Source: Chiloscyllium plagiosum (Eukaryota). From it: 20,000 nt of DNA. The notes under the pieces are model-generated. The model ran no database searches. It saw nothing but the letters and a program-made list of their open reading frames with translations, and was not told where the DNA came from. Numbering within the stretch: the stretch's first letter is position 1; each line of letters opens with the position of its first letter. Position numbers and translations under genes: made by a program. Shown here one piece after another: positions 10,151-20,000 of this stretch. The DNA lies in assembly GCF_004010195.1 (NCBI RefSeq), contig NC_057719.1:19767428-19787427 (forward strand), given 5' to 3'.

Positions 10151-10288
10151 NNNNNNNNNNNNNNNNNNNNNNNNNNNNNNNNNNNNNNNNNNNNNNNNNN
10201 NNNNNNNNNNNNNNNNNNNNNNNNNNNNNNNNNNNNNNNNNNNNNNNNNNNNNNNNNNNNNNNNNNNNNNNNNNNNNNNNNNNNNNNN
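10151..10288. other. Assembly gap (138 N) in the PLE 3' UTR
   Basis: Run of N immediately after the GIY-YIG stop codon. Confidence 1.
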
Positions 10289-10548
10289 TCATGGCATAGA
10301 CAGAGAACACAGGGGGCTAACACCTTCAACATATTTTCTAGCTATCACCATTGTTAACAGCTAACTTGAGAATGCAACTTTTTAAAAAAAGATTTTGTGA
10401 TTTACACATGAAAGAAGTGAAACTGTCACGGTATTCTAAAAGATGAAAGGCTTAACAGATAATCAATTTTTCAATGTATAATTTCAGTTACATCACACTG
10501 TAAATTTTTGTTATAAATTCTGTGTGTTAGGATTGAGCCCTCCACTAC

Positions 10549-10583
10549 TACCTGATGAAGGAGCAACGCTCCGAAAGCTAGTG
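10549..10583 (+). ncRNA. Minimal type I hammerhead ribozyme motif, core intact
   Basis: tac-CTGATGA-a-GGAGC-aac-GCTCC-GAAA-gcTA-gtg. Predicted cleavage after 10580. Confidence 0.85.
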
Positions 10584-10734
10584 TGCTTCCAATCAAATCT
10601 GTTGGACTATAACCTGGTGTTATGTGATTTTTAACATTCTAAACATGGTTTGAATCCACAACCAACAGCAAACGTAGCATGTCAGAATTTCAACTTCAGT
10701 TTGAGGAAGAGAAATTTGAGTCCCACATTAGTAT

Positions 10735-11328
10735 TCTGCTGTTAAACAAAGGTAATCACATCGACATGAGGACAGATTTGGCCTGAATGATTTGGTCAGA
10801 AAGACAAAATGTCAGGATAAGTGGATGATCAATGTAGACAGTGAAGGAATTTCTTCAAATTAAAATATATTCTAGAGAGGAAGAAATAAGAATGTGGAGG
10901 GTGGGGGGAGCTAGGGCATTAAAGATACCATAAAAGCAAACACTAAAGTACACCAAATTGCAAAGATTGTGTCTGGTTAGAGTATTGGTTAGACTTTTAA
11001 AAAGTATCAAAGGAATGCTGAAAAAGTGAGAAAAAGAGTAAAGTTAAATTATGAAAGAAAACTAGCGCAAAATATAAAAATGGTTAGCAAAGCCTTCTAA
11101 CAATATATACAAATGAAGTGAGGAGCTAAAGTGAATGTTAGTCATTTAGAGCACAAGACTGGGCACTTTATAATGGGAAATACAAAATTTGCAGGGTCAC
11201 TAAATCAATATTTTTCTTTAATTTCATGGTGACACCATCCCAATAGTAACGAATGAACATATTATAGAAAAGGAGAAACTTAAAACATCCCCCATAACTA
11301 GGAAAAAATTCAGGGCAAACTATTTTGC
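10735..11328 (+). mobile_element. Old degenerate CR1 ORF2 tether fragment
   Basis: LNKGN, KLNYERKLAQNIKMVSKAF*QYI and LIMGN motifs, colinear with 5385-6190. Confidence 0.75.
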
Positions 11329-11872
11329 ATCACAGGTAGCCAGGGTTGTTAAGAAGGCACTTAGCACATTTGTCTTCATTGCTCAGACCTTTGAGTATAG
11401 GAGTTCAAAAAAGCCTTACCAGGATTTTGCTAAGAATGGAGGTATTGAGTTATAAAAATGGATTGGGACTTTTTTCATTGGAGCGTTAGAGTTTGAGGGG
11501 TGACCTTGTAGGAGTCTATAAAATCATGACGGACATGGATAAAGTGAATAGCATGGGTCTTTTCCTTAGATTGTGGGAGTTCAAATCCAAGGGGTATATT
11601 TTTGAGGTGAGAGGGGTGAGTTTTAAAAAGGACATGAGGGGCGACATTTTTGCACAGAGAGTAGTTCAAGTGTGGAATGAACTGCCAGAGGAAGTGATTG
11701 ATGCAAGTACAGTTACAACATTTAAAAGACATTTGGTTAAGTACATGAATAGAAAAGGTTTGGAAGGATATGAGCCAAATGCAGGCAGGTGGGACTAATT
11801 TGGTTTAGAAACATGGTCAGAGTGGACAATTTGGACCAAAGTATCTGTTTCCATGCTGTATGACTCTAAGAC
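11329..11872 (+). mobile_element. CR1 LINE 3' end
   Basis: ORF 11493-11798 reads RGDLVGVYKIM...QRVVQVWNELPEEV...FKRHL. Tail tgtttccatgctgtatgactct. Confidence 0.93.
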
Positions 11873-12344
11873 ATCATCAAAACAGTATTGCTTTTAAATA
11901 ATATTTTCACTATATTGTGAACCTGTTCACCCAATGGGTTCTACATCAAAGCTTGCTATTTGTATTCCTGAGGCTTCTGCTTTTAATTTACATTGATCTT
12001 ATAAAAGGGCAAGTGCAATTTTTATCTGGAGAGTGGAGGAAGTGAAATGATAACAATGAGATAACCTTTTATGAAAAAAAAGTCCTAACAGGTTTTAAAA
12101 GGCGTCTAAATTACAATTTGGTATAGTTAGTACAGTATATTATTGCCTTCTAAAATTTTTCAAAGTTTTAGCCTAATAGGATTATAGATGTTATCCTTAA
12201 ACTTAAAATTATTTAGTTGTTTTAATAATTTTAATATCAGTTTTATTAGAACCTTCAATAAATTCACATCTGTTTCAGCTTGCTTTAACTATTGAATGCT
12301 GCATAATTAATTAAAAATCCCTATTTGCGGCATAAAATGAAAAA

Positions 12345-12548
12345 TTACAACTAAAAGAACTGTGGATGTTGGAAATCAGAAACAAAAGCTGAAATTGTTG
12401 GACAACTTCTGCAGACCTGGCAGAATTTATGGAGAGAAATCATGGTTAACGTTTTGTGTCCAGTGACCGAATCCGAAATATTAACTCTGATTTCTCTCCA
12501 GAGATGCGGCCAGACCTGCTGAGCATTTCCAGCAATTTTCTGTGTTTG
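12345..12548 (+). mobile_element. Older palindromic PLE terminal insertion (family C)
   Basis: Diverged inverted arms (ggagagaaatca.ggttaacgtttt versus gaaatattaactctgatttctctcc). Probable TSD taaaatgaaaa at 12333-12343 and 12549-12559. Confidence 0.75.
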
Positions 12549-12999
12549 TAAAATGAAAACAATGACATTGTAATCCCGAGTTAAAAGCCTCAGACATTAA
12601 ATTGACCAAATGTACAAAGTCCCTTCAAAAAAGTTCATCAAGCAACAATTTTGAAGGCTTCATATGACTCTTAATTTGCATCGTTTTATGGGATGGAATT
12701 GAATTCGGTCATCTGAGACCTATGCATCAGGTATTTTTCATGCACTCTTGGATCATGTATACAATGCTATTTTAGTAAATTAGTTGCTGGAGACAGACAT
12801 TAAGCTTTTCGAAAGAGACAATTTTTAACCAAAACAGGGTTGCTGGCAGTAACTGAAAATGGCTGCCACATTTTCCATTGCAATGTAGCTCACATTTCAT
12901 TCCACGTTCCTGGAAATAGCCTGAAAACTTCTAAAGTCATCAGCAGCATTTCCAGAAGGAGAATACAATGACTACTAGCTTAAAAAAAACTGGAGAATC

Positions 13000-13100
13000 C
13001 TCACATTGGACATGAAATGTTAACTGTCCCTCACTGCATGGAGACCTGCTGAGTTTCTCCATTTTGTTTCGGATTTCCAGCATTTTAACTTTGTTTTCCT
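13000..13100 (+). mobile_element. Old PLE terminal-repeat relic (family C-like)
   Basis: gaaatgttaactgt...gacctgctgagtttctcc...gatttccagcat is similar to 12476-12540. Confidence 0.55.
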
Positions 13101-14277
13101 ATGTGTCTTTTTGTTCTCAAAATACATTAACAAAGACATATTTTTGAGAATACCTTATGAAGCTAGGTAATCCTGCCTGACCTGGTACATTGCCAACATG
13201 AGGAAGGTGCCTGGAATACCAAACAGGAAAATCTGATGGCACACTAAACAGGCAGTTCATGTTTGCTTTTTCTCATAATTATTCATGTGCTGAAAAATCC
13301 CCTAAATGATCGTAAAGATTTTTATGGAACATCTGCCATTCAATATTGCAATGAATAGTTATCCCTTCACGACTATTCAGCATAGTGTACAAATATAATG
13401 AAATATGTCGATAAACTTAGAAGCACAACCATTTATTATGTAAAGGTGGTGCATTTAGTAAGATTTAGAAACACGTCTTGGGATCTGTAGTAATTGTGAT
13501 TTATTGCATTTTTAGAAGGAAATCGAGAAGTAGATGTTTACCTTAACTTTTAATAACTAATATATAATTATTATGGTGCAAGAAAAATTAAGAAATTCAT
13601 TCTTTTTTCTTTTGTCTTTTAATGCTAATTGCAGATTCAGGATGTAATGGAAGTTTTCCTGTTTAAAATAATAATCCAATGCTTTTCAGGGCCTATACAG
13701 AAATCCTGTAAAAGTTCAAGAACATTCTTCCATTTCTAACTAATGGCTGCTACCATTGGGGTCCAATTTGCTTTACCTGGTCATGGAGTCATAAGGTTAT
13801 GCAGAGAAACAGACCCTTTGGTCCAACCAATCCATGCCGAACATAATTCCAAACTAAACTAGTCCCACCTGCCTGCAAACCTTTCCTATTCATGTACTTA
13901 TCCTAATGTTATTTAAACACTGTAAGTGAACCCGCAGCCACCATTCCCTCAGGAAGTTCATTTCACACATGAACCACTCCCAGTGTAAAAAACCTTGTCT
14001 CTCATGTCTTTTTTAAACCTTAAGAATGTGCCCCCTAGTTTTGAAATCTTCCATCCTAGGGAAATGAAAACTACCATTAACTCTTTCTATACCTCATTAT
14101 TTTATCAGCTTCTTTCAGGGTCACCTCTCAACCTCCTACGCTCCAGTGAAAAAAGTCCCAGCCTATCCAGCCTTTCTTTATAACTCAAACCTTCCATACC
14201 CGACAATAGGGGAGGCAATGGCCTAGTGGTATAATAGCTGGACTGTTAACCCAGAGACCCAGGTAATGTTCTGGGGA

Positions 14278-14980
14278 GAAAGTGAGGTCTGCAGATGCTG
14301 GAGATCAGAGCTGAAAATGTGTTGCTGGAAAAGCGCAGCAGGTCAGGCAGCATCCAGGCCACAGATTCACCTGCACCTCCACACACATCATCTATTGCAT
14401 CCTCTGCACCCGATGTGGCCTCCTCTATATTGGGGAGACAGGCCGGCTACTTGCGGAGCGTTTCAGAGAACACCTCTGGGACACCCGGACCAACCAACCC
14501 AACCACCCTGTGGCTCAACATTTCAACTCCCCCTCCCACTCCACCAAGGATATGCAGGTCTTTGGACTCCTCCATCGCCAGACCACAACAAAACGACGGT
14601 TGGAGGAAGAGCACCTCATCTTCCGCCTAGGAACCCTCCAACCACAAGGGATGAACTCGGATTTCACCAGTTTCCTCATTTCCCCTCCCCCCACCTTATC
14701 TCAGTCAAATCCATCGAATTCAGCACCGCCTTCCTAACCTGCAATCTTCTTCCTGACCTCTCCGCCCCCACCCCAGTCTGACCTATCACCCTCACCATGA
14801 CCTCTTTCCACCTATCACATTTCATCCGCCCCTCCCTCAAGTCCCTCCTCCCTACCTTTTATCTTAGCCTGCTGGACAAACTTTCCTCATTCCTGAAAAA
14901 GGGCTTATGCCCGAAACGTCGATTCTCCTGTTCCCTGGATGCTGCCTGACCTGCTGCGCTTTTCCAGCAACACATTTTCA
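14278..14980 (+). mobile_element. Young PLE family A insertion with an inverted terminal copy
   Basis: 15-bp TSD gtaatgttctgggga at 14263-14277 and 14981-14995. Perfect 48-bp inverted repeat at 14311-14358 and 14934-14981. The hammerhead at 14889-14924 has CTGAAAA (G8 to A). Confidence 0.95.
14360..14737 (+). pseudogene. PLE GIY-YIG endonuclease domain, 5'-truncated, frame open
   Basis: HRFTCTSTHIIYCILCTRCGLLYIGETGRLLAERFREHL...VAQHFNSPSH...LEEEHLIFRLGTLQPQGMN, in the same frame as ORF 14510-14737. Confidence 0.93.
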
Positions 14981-15367
14981 GTAATGTTCTGGGGATCCAG
15001 GCTTGAATCCTGCCATGGCAGATGGTGGAAATTGAATTCAACAAAGAAATCCAGAATTAAGAGTCGAATGATGACCATGAAGCCATTGTTGATTGTTGGA
15101 AAAACCCATCTGGTTCATTAATGCCCTTTAAGAAGGGAAACTGCCATCCTCACCTGGTCTGGCCTACATATGACTCCAGACTCACAGCAATGTGGTTGAC
15201 TCTTAACTGCCCCCTGGGCAATTAGAGATGGGCAATAAATGCTGGCCTAGCCAACAACGTCCTCATCCCATGAATGAATAAAAACAAAATCCTTGTAAAT
15301 CTCTTCTGAACACTCTCCAGCTTGATAATACCTTCCTATCACTGGGTGACCTGAACTGCACACAATA

Positions 15368-15525
15368 CAGCGAAACCTTTATTAATTCACCAAATTTCGG
15401 ATGATTCGAAAAAGATCGCAAGATCCTGATGCGTGACTATGTTACCCAGCATTGATTATCCGGCATTCAATTAACCGAATGAAATACCCCCTGCCCATGT
15501 CCTTCAGATAATCACGGTTCCTCTG
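15368..15525. mobile_element. 158-bp Tc1/mariner-type (Tigger-like) MITE
   Basis: Flanked by TA at 15366-15367 and 15526-15527. Imperfect TIRs cagcgaaacctttatta and (reverse complement) cagaggaaccgtgatta. Removing it restores the CR1 sequence cacaatattccagaatagg. Confidence 0.82.
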
Positions 15526-15674
15526 TATTCCAGAATAGGTCTCACCAAAGTCCTGTACCACCTGAACATGACTTTCCAATGCCTATACTCAGAGGTCTGA
15601 GCAATGAAGGCAAGCATGCCAAGCACCTTTTTAAGCACCCTGCCCATGCGTGATGCAAATTTCAAAGAATTATG

Positions 15675-16358
15675 GTCAAGAGTGTGGTGCTGGAAAAGCA
15701 CAGCAGGTCAGGCAGCATTCGAGGAGCAGGAGAATCAACGTTTCAGGCATAAGCCCTTCATTAGGACTTGGTAAATCTCTGTCGATGTAGAAGGATCCTT
15801 TGGGCCTTGGACAGAGATATGGGGGGAGGTGTTGGCGCAGATTTTGCACTTCCTCCGATGGCAGGGGAAGGTGACAGGAGTGGGATGTGGGCTGTTGGAA
15901 GACATGGATCTGACGAGGGAGTTGTGGAGTGAATAGTCTCTCTGGAATACTGATAGGAATGGGGAGGGAAATATATCTCTGGTGGTGGGTCCTTTTGTAG
16001 GTGGCAGAAGTGGCAGAGGATGATGCGATGTATGCAGGGATTGGTGGGGTGCAAGGTGAGGACCAGGGGGTTCTGTCCTTGTTGGATTGGGAGGGGTAGG
16101 ATTCAAGGGCGGAGCTTCAGGAAGTGGAAGAGATGCACTGGAGGGCATCGTTAACCATGTGGGAAGGGAAAGTGCAATCTTGGAAGAAGGAGGCCATCTT
16201 GAATTTTCTGAAATGGAATTGGGCATACTGGGATTCCTGATGAAGGGCTCATGCCCAAAATGTTGATTCTACTCCTCGGATGCTGCCTGACCTACTGTGC
16301 TTTTTCAGCACCACACTCTTGACTCTGATCTCCAGCATCTGCAGTCCTCACTTTCTCC
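15675..16358 (-). mobile_element. PLE family A insertion, internally deleted, with an inverted tailed terminal copy
   Basis: TSD ttcaaagaattatg (15661-15674) and tttaaagaattttg (16359-16372), 2 mismatches. Arms at 15675-15768 and 16231-16358. The interior encodes the RT-EN linker FPCHRRKCKIC on the minus strand. Both hammerheads are mutated. Confidence 0.9.
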
Positions 16359-18154
16359 TTTAAAGAATTTTGCACCTGTGCCGCAGGTCCCTCTGTTCTA
16401 CAACACTGCCCAAGGCCCTACCATTAATTGTATAAGTTCTACCCTTTGTTGTACCAAAATACAATATCTCGCATTTATCCAGACTGAACTCCATCTGCCA
16501 TTTTTTAGCCCATTAACTAATTTGATCCAAGGTCCCTTTGTAATCTTCATTGTCCACTATGGCACTAATTTTGGTGTCATCCACAGACTTACTAACCATG
16601 TTTCTTATATTCTCATCCAAATTATTTGTATAAATGACAAACAAAAGTAGACCCAATATCAATCCCTGTAGAACACTGCTGGTTACAGGATTCCAGTCCA
16701 AAAACAACCCTCCACCACCACCCTCTGTCTCCTATCATCAAGCGAATTTTGTATCCAATTGGCAAGCTTACCCTGAATCCCATGTGATCTAACTTGACTG
16801 ATTATTCTGCTATGTGGAACCTTGTTAAAGGCTTGACTGAAATCCAGTATAAACAATGTCGATCACTATGTCCTCTTCAATCATTTTGGTTACTTCCTCA
16901 AAATCTCAATCAAGTTTGTGAGACACAATTTCTCTTGCACAAAGCCAAGCTGACTGTCCCTAATCAATCCTTGCCTCTCCAAATGCATTTCAATCCTATC
17001 TTTCAGAATCACCTCCAACAACTGCCCTACCACTGATATCAGATTCACAGGTCTATAGTACCCAGGCTTCTCCTTACAGCCTTTCTTAAATAAAGGCACA
17101 ACATTAGACACCCTTTGGTCCTCCACCACCTTATTTCTGCTCGAGGCCCCACAATTTCTTCTCTAACTTCTCACAGTGTCCTGAGATATACTTGATCGGG
17201 TCCTGGAGATCTATTCACCTTTATGTTTTCTAAGACCTTCAGCAGTTCCTCTTCTGTAATGTGAACTGCTTTCAAAACATCAATATTTACTTCCCTGAGT
17301 TCTCTAGCCTGTATTTCTTTCTCCACTGTAAAAACTAAAGCAAAATATTCATTTAATATCTCTCCCATCTCCTGAGGTGCAACACATAGATGACCTCGTT
17401 GATTTTTAAGGGGTTCTATTAACTCTCTAATTGCTCTTTTGCTGTTAATGTATTTATGGAATCTCTTCAGATTATCTTTAATCTTATCCTTCAAGACTAT
17501 CTCATATCCCCTCTTTGCCCTCCAGATTTCCCTCTTAAACAAAGCTCCTATACTCTTTATATTCTTTAGAGATTCATCTGATCCCAGTTGTCTACACCTA
17601 ATGTACGATTCTTCTTATTCTTAACTAGAATCTCACTATCTTTATTCATTCATTGTTCCCTACTCTTACCAGCCTTACTTTTCACTATAATAGGAAAATA
17701 ATGCCTCTGAAATCTCGTTATCACACTTTTGAAAACCTTCCACTTGTCTATTCCAATTAACGTTTGAGAGTTCTTGTCTCATACCATTAAAATTTGCTTT
17801 ACTCCAATTAAGAACTTTAACTTTTATGGAAGGCTTATCCTTTTCTAAAACGATTTAAAAACTTATAGGCTTATAGAATTCATGCTAATAAGCTCTGTAT
17901 ATTAGATTCAGTAATGATGAAGGCCAGCAGTAGGAATTTTACTAGTGTTCAATCTCGATAGTGCCATTGCGCACACTTGGAAATTCTTTAGTGTTGACAT
18001 CATGCTAACTTGTGTCTATACTCTGTGCTGCTACAGGGAAAGATGATACATTCCATGCTGGGCAAATAGAAGCTCTATCTGTCTTTCTCAGTAAATTGAC
18101 TTCCAAATTGTGAAAATAGTGGTGAATAAAGCTGATAACTTTACACTGATTCAT

Positions 18155-18440
18155 ATGATACACCATTTGTTACTTTGTTGCCATTTGTTCAACCTTTCCA
18201 TATCACTTTGCAGCCTTTTTGCATCTTCCTTACAGTTTACCTTGCCACCGAGCTAGGATTCATCAGCAAACCTATTTGATTACTCTCAAACTTTTTACCT
18301 ACCCATGACTATAAATTGTAAACAGCTGGTGCTCATGCATTGGTGCTCCTTGCAGAACTTCACTAGAAACTTGAAAATGCCCTGTTTATCCCTATTTACT
18401 GTTATCTGTCCATTATTCAGTCTTTCATTGATACTGTTAA
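18155..18440 (-). mobile_element. Old CR1 RT fragment
   Basis: tcatcagcaaac reads F-A-D on the minus strand in an RT catalytic-motif context, colinear with 16480-16740. Confidence 0.6.
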
Positions 18441-18499
18441 GGGACCATGAGTGCATAGCTTAAGTATTCACATTATTTTGTGGCAAATAAAGCTTTTTA

Positions 18500-19216
18500 C
18501 AGGTAGTTCTCAGATAACACGCTTTCCAGCAGCGCTATTTGCTCAAAGAATTAAGGAACAGAATTTTTGAGAACGCTGACCTCTGTTAACAATAGTGTGA
18601 TTCCAGCGGTGATCGTTTTGTATGCTTCGTTCTGCGCATGCACCGATGCCAGCTGCCGACAGAGCAGTTTCCTGTGAGAGGTACTGTACAGAGAGCAGCT
18701 TTCTGAGAGAGATACATTCAGCAGCTTCCTGTGAAAGGTACACCATTCCTAGGTTATCCCTTTTTTTGAAAAAATTGTGGGGGCAAGTGACTAGAATGTT
18801 AGCACGAAGGGTCCTGGTGATAAATTTGTGGGTGGTGAACACAAAAGGAAGACTATACTGCTGGAAAAGAAGCTAGATAATGTAAAGTGTTTTGAGCATA
18901 AGGAGAGAATATGTGATATAGCTCACTTACAGGAATGAGGGAGTCTAACCATGTGCATCATGATGACTCTCTGTCCCTGCATTAACAATACTTTTTAAGT
19001 GTACTGTGTTAAATTTACTTTTGTTTCATTGATAAATATGACTTCAACCTTCATTCAGTGCTTTACTTGGCGTTAGACTTTTGGGTGATTTTTGAGCGAT
19101 GGTGAGTGATTTTTTTGCTGGTCTGCCCCTAACCCCACTTTTCCCGTAGGTCCCATTATTTACATTAAGTGAGGTTCTGCTGAAACACAACTACAGCGTT
19201 ATAGGAGAACTATCTG
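18500..19216. mobile_element. 717-bp non-autonomous Tc1/mariner-type (pogo/Tigger-like) DNA transposon
   Basis: 21-bp TIRs caggtagttctcagataacac (18500-18520) and reverse complement cagatagttctcctataacgc (19196-19216), 17/21 identical. TA on the left flank, GA on the right. No transposase ORF. Confidence 0.78.
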
Positions 19217-19430
19217 GACCCCTTTTATCATCTCTTGCAATCATTTAACATATTTTCAAAAAAATCTAATAAATGTTATTGAACACAGTTTTTTTTCACA
19301 AAAGGATGTTGTCTCTGTCTAATCATACAGTGCCTTTTAAGTATATGGTTAATGCTTTCTTATTAATTGATTCAGTGATTTCTCCATACCTGATGTCAAA
19401 TGCAGTAAGCTGTAGCCTTCTCAAAACTTG

Positions 19431-19784
19431 CAGTCAACACAGGTTAACAAAAATAATCACCTGCATTTAGAAAATACGAAGCAGTGCAGTGGTTACGTTG
19501 AGGGAAAGTTAGAGTTAGGTATCACCAGCACACACGTGGGAATTTATCTTGTGTCTGCACAAGACATTGTGAAGGGCTGCTATGTAAATGAAGAAGCAAG
19601 TTGGGCCCAGTCAACACAGGTTAACAAAAATAATCACCTGCATTTAGAAAATACGAAGCAGTGCAGTGGTTACGTTGAGGGAAAGTTAGAGTTAGGTATC
19701 ACCAGCACACACGTGGGAATTTATCTTGTGTCTGCACAAGACATTGTGAAGGGCTGCTATGTAAATGAAGAAGCAAGTTGGGCC
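19431..19784. repeat. Exact tandem duplication, 2 x 177 bp
   Basis: 19431-19607 equals 19608-19784. ORF 19428-19802 repeats the same 59 aa. Confidence 0.97.
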
Positions 19785-19820
19785 GAGGATAGATTCTTGT
19801 AGGACTTCAGAGGTCACAGT
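19500..19820 (-). mobile_element. Ancient L2-clade LINE RT fragment, partly duplicated
   Basis: Minus strand EVLQESILGPTCFFIYIAALHNVLCRHKINSHVCAGDT resembles a decayed L2 motif GVPQGSILGPLLF.IY..PL....RH....H.YADDT. Confidence 0.72.
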
Positions 19821-19823
19821 AAG

Positions 19824-20000
19824 AGGGTAAAAACAATGACTGCAGATGCTGGAGACCAGATTTTGGATTAGTAGTGCTGGAAGAGCACAGCAGTTCAGGC
19901 AGCATCCGAGGAGCAGCAAAATCGATGTTTCGGGCAAAAGCCCTTCATCAGGAATAAAAGCAGAGAGCCTGAAGCGTGGAGAGATAAGGTAGAGGAGGGT
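19824..20000 (-). mobile_element. PLE family A variant terminus with tail, cut off by the window edge
   Basis: gactgcagatgctggaga...gtgctggaagagcacagcagttcaggcagcatccgaggagcag is homologous to 3947-4012. Confidence 0.88.
19920..19955 (-). ncRNA. Minimal hammerhead ribozyme motif (AUC site)
   Basis: Reverse complement reads attc-CTGATGA-a-GGGC-tttt-GCCC-GAAA-cATC-gatt. The core is intact but the ACGT palindrome has decayed to ACAT. Confidence 0.7.

Larger units (their letters stand above)
9529..10634 (+). mobile_element. Penelope-like element, family B, 5'-truncated with an inverted terminal copy
   Basis: 13-bp TSD cattctaaacatg at 9516-9528 and 10635-10647. Inverted repeat of about 167 bp at 9565-9731 and 10467-10635. 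The left copy alone has a 36-nt tail (9529-9564). A GIY-YIG ORF lies inside. Confidence 0.95.
14207..15284 (+). mobile_element. tRNA-derived SINE split by a PLE (SINE parts 14207-14277 and 14981-15284)
   Basis: A-box tggcctagtgg at 14219-14229, B-box-like ggcttgaatcc at about 15000-15010, and a 3' end catcccatgaatgaataaaaa. Confidence 0.88.
13781..17862 (-). mobile_element. CR1 LINE with degenerate ORF2, hosting nested SINE, PLE and MITE insertions
   Basis: 3' tail at 13781. Minus-strand peptides YRTLVRPILEY, SVLQGLILG..SVDDTK (RT), NVVPLFKKG..YRPVNL and NRSPGPD. CR1 segments are 13781-14206, 15285-15367, 15526-15674 and 16359-17862. Confidence 0.95.

Noticed and set aside
13634..13738. Possible exon after a polypyrimidine tract and ttgcag
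   Set aside because: No recognisable peptide and no clear donor; unsupported without transcripts.
14209..14277. tRNA gene
   Set aside because: The A and B boxes belong to a SINE head that continues into the SINE body; no cloverleaf is evident.
14266..14781. 171-aa and 111-aa ORFs (MCCWKSAAGQAAS type) as genes
   Set aside because: They are alternative-frame readings of the PLE terminus and GIY-YIG region. The same peptides recur wherever the repeat occurs.
14889..14924. Active hammerhead (also at 4015-4050, about 15732-15765 and 16233-16268)
   Set aside because: Each has substitutions at conserved core positions (CTGAAAA, CTGCTGA, CTAATGA, or GAAA to AAAA), so they are probably inactive.
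19428..19802. 124-aa repeat protein
   Set aside because: It arises from the 177-bp duplication on the antisense strand of an L2 relic and has a non-ATG start.

Overview
Vertebrate non-coding DNA (intronic or intergenic) made up mostly of nested transposable elements. The repeat families resemble those of cartilaginous fish (shark-like); this is an inference. No host protein-coding gene, rRNA, tRNA or CRISPR array is supportable. The window holds several CR1 LINE fragments, an L2 RT relic, tRNA-derived SINEs, two Tc1/mariner-type MITEs, a 32-bp-period degenerate minisatellite, an exact 177-bp tandem duplication and about nine Penelope-like element (PLE) insertions from at least two, probably three, families. 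The strongest signal is the PLE system. The termini carry minimal type I hammerhead ribozyme motifs (CTGANGA-A-stem II-GAAA-palindrome-UH) with compensatory changes in stem II. Six insertions share one architecture: an 11-15 bp TSD, an inverted terminal copy and a direct copy. In the five well-preserved ones the inverted copy has a 31-36 nt tail and the direct copy stops inside the loop of a predicted 3' stem. The smallest is a 190-bp insert with a perfect 55-bp hairpin and an intact ribozyme core in its loop. PLE hammerheads and tails are known in general; the shared 3' stem and the ORF-less hairpin derivatives are the parts that may be undescribed.
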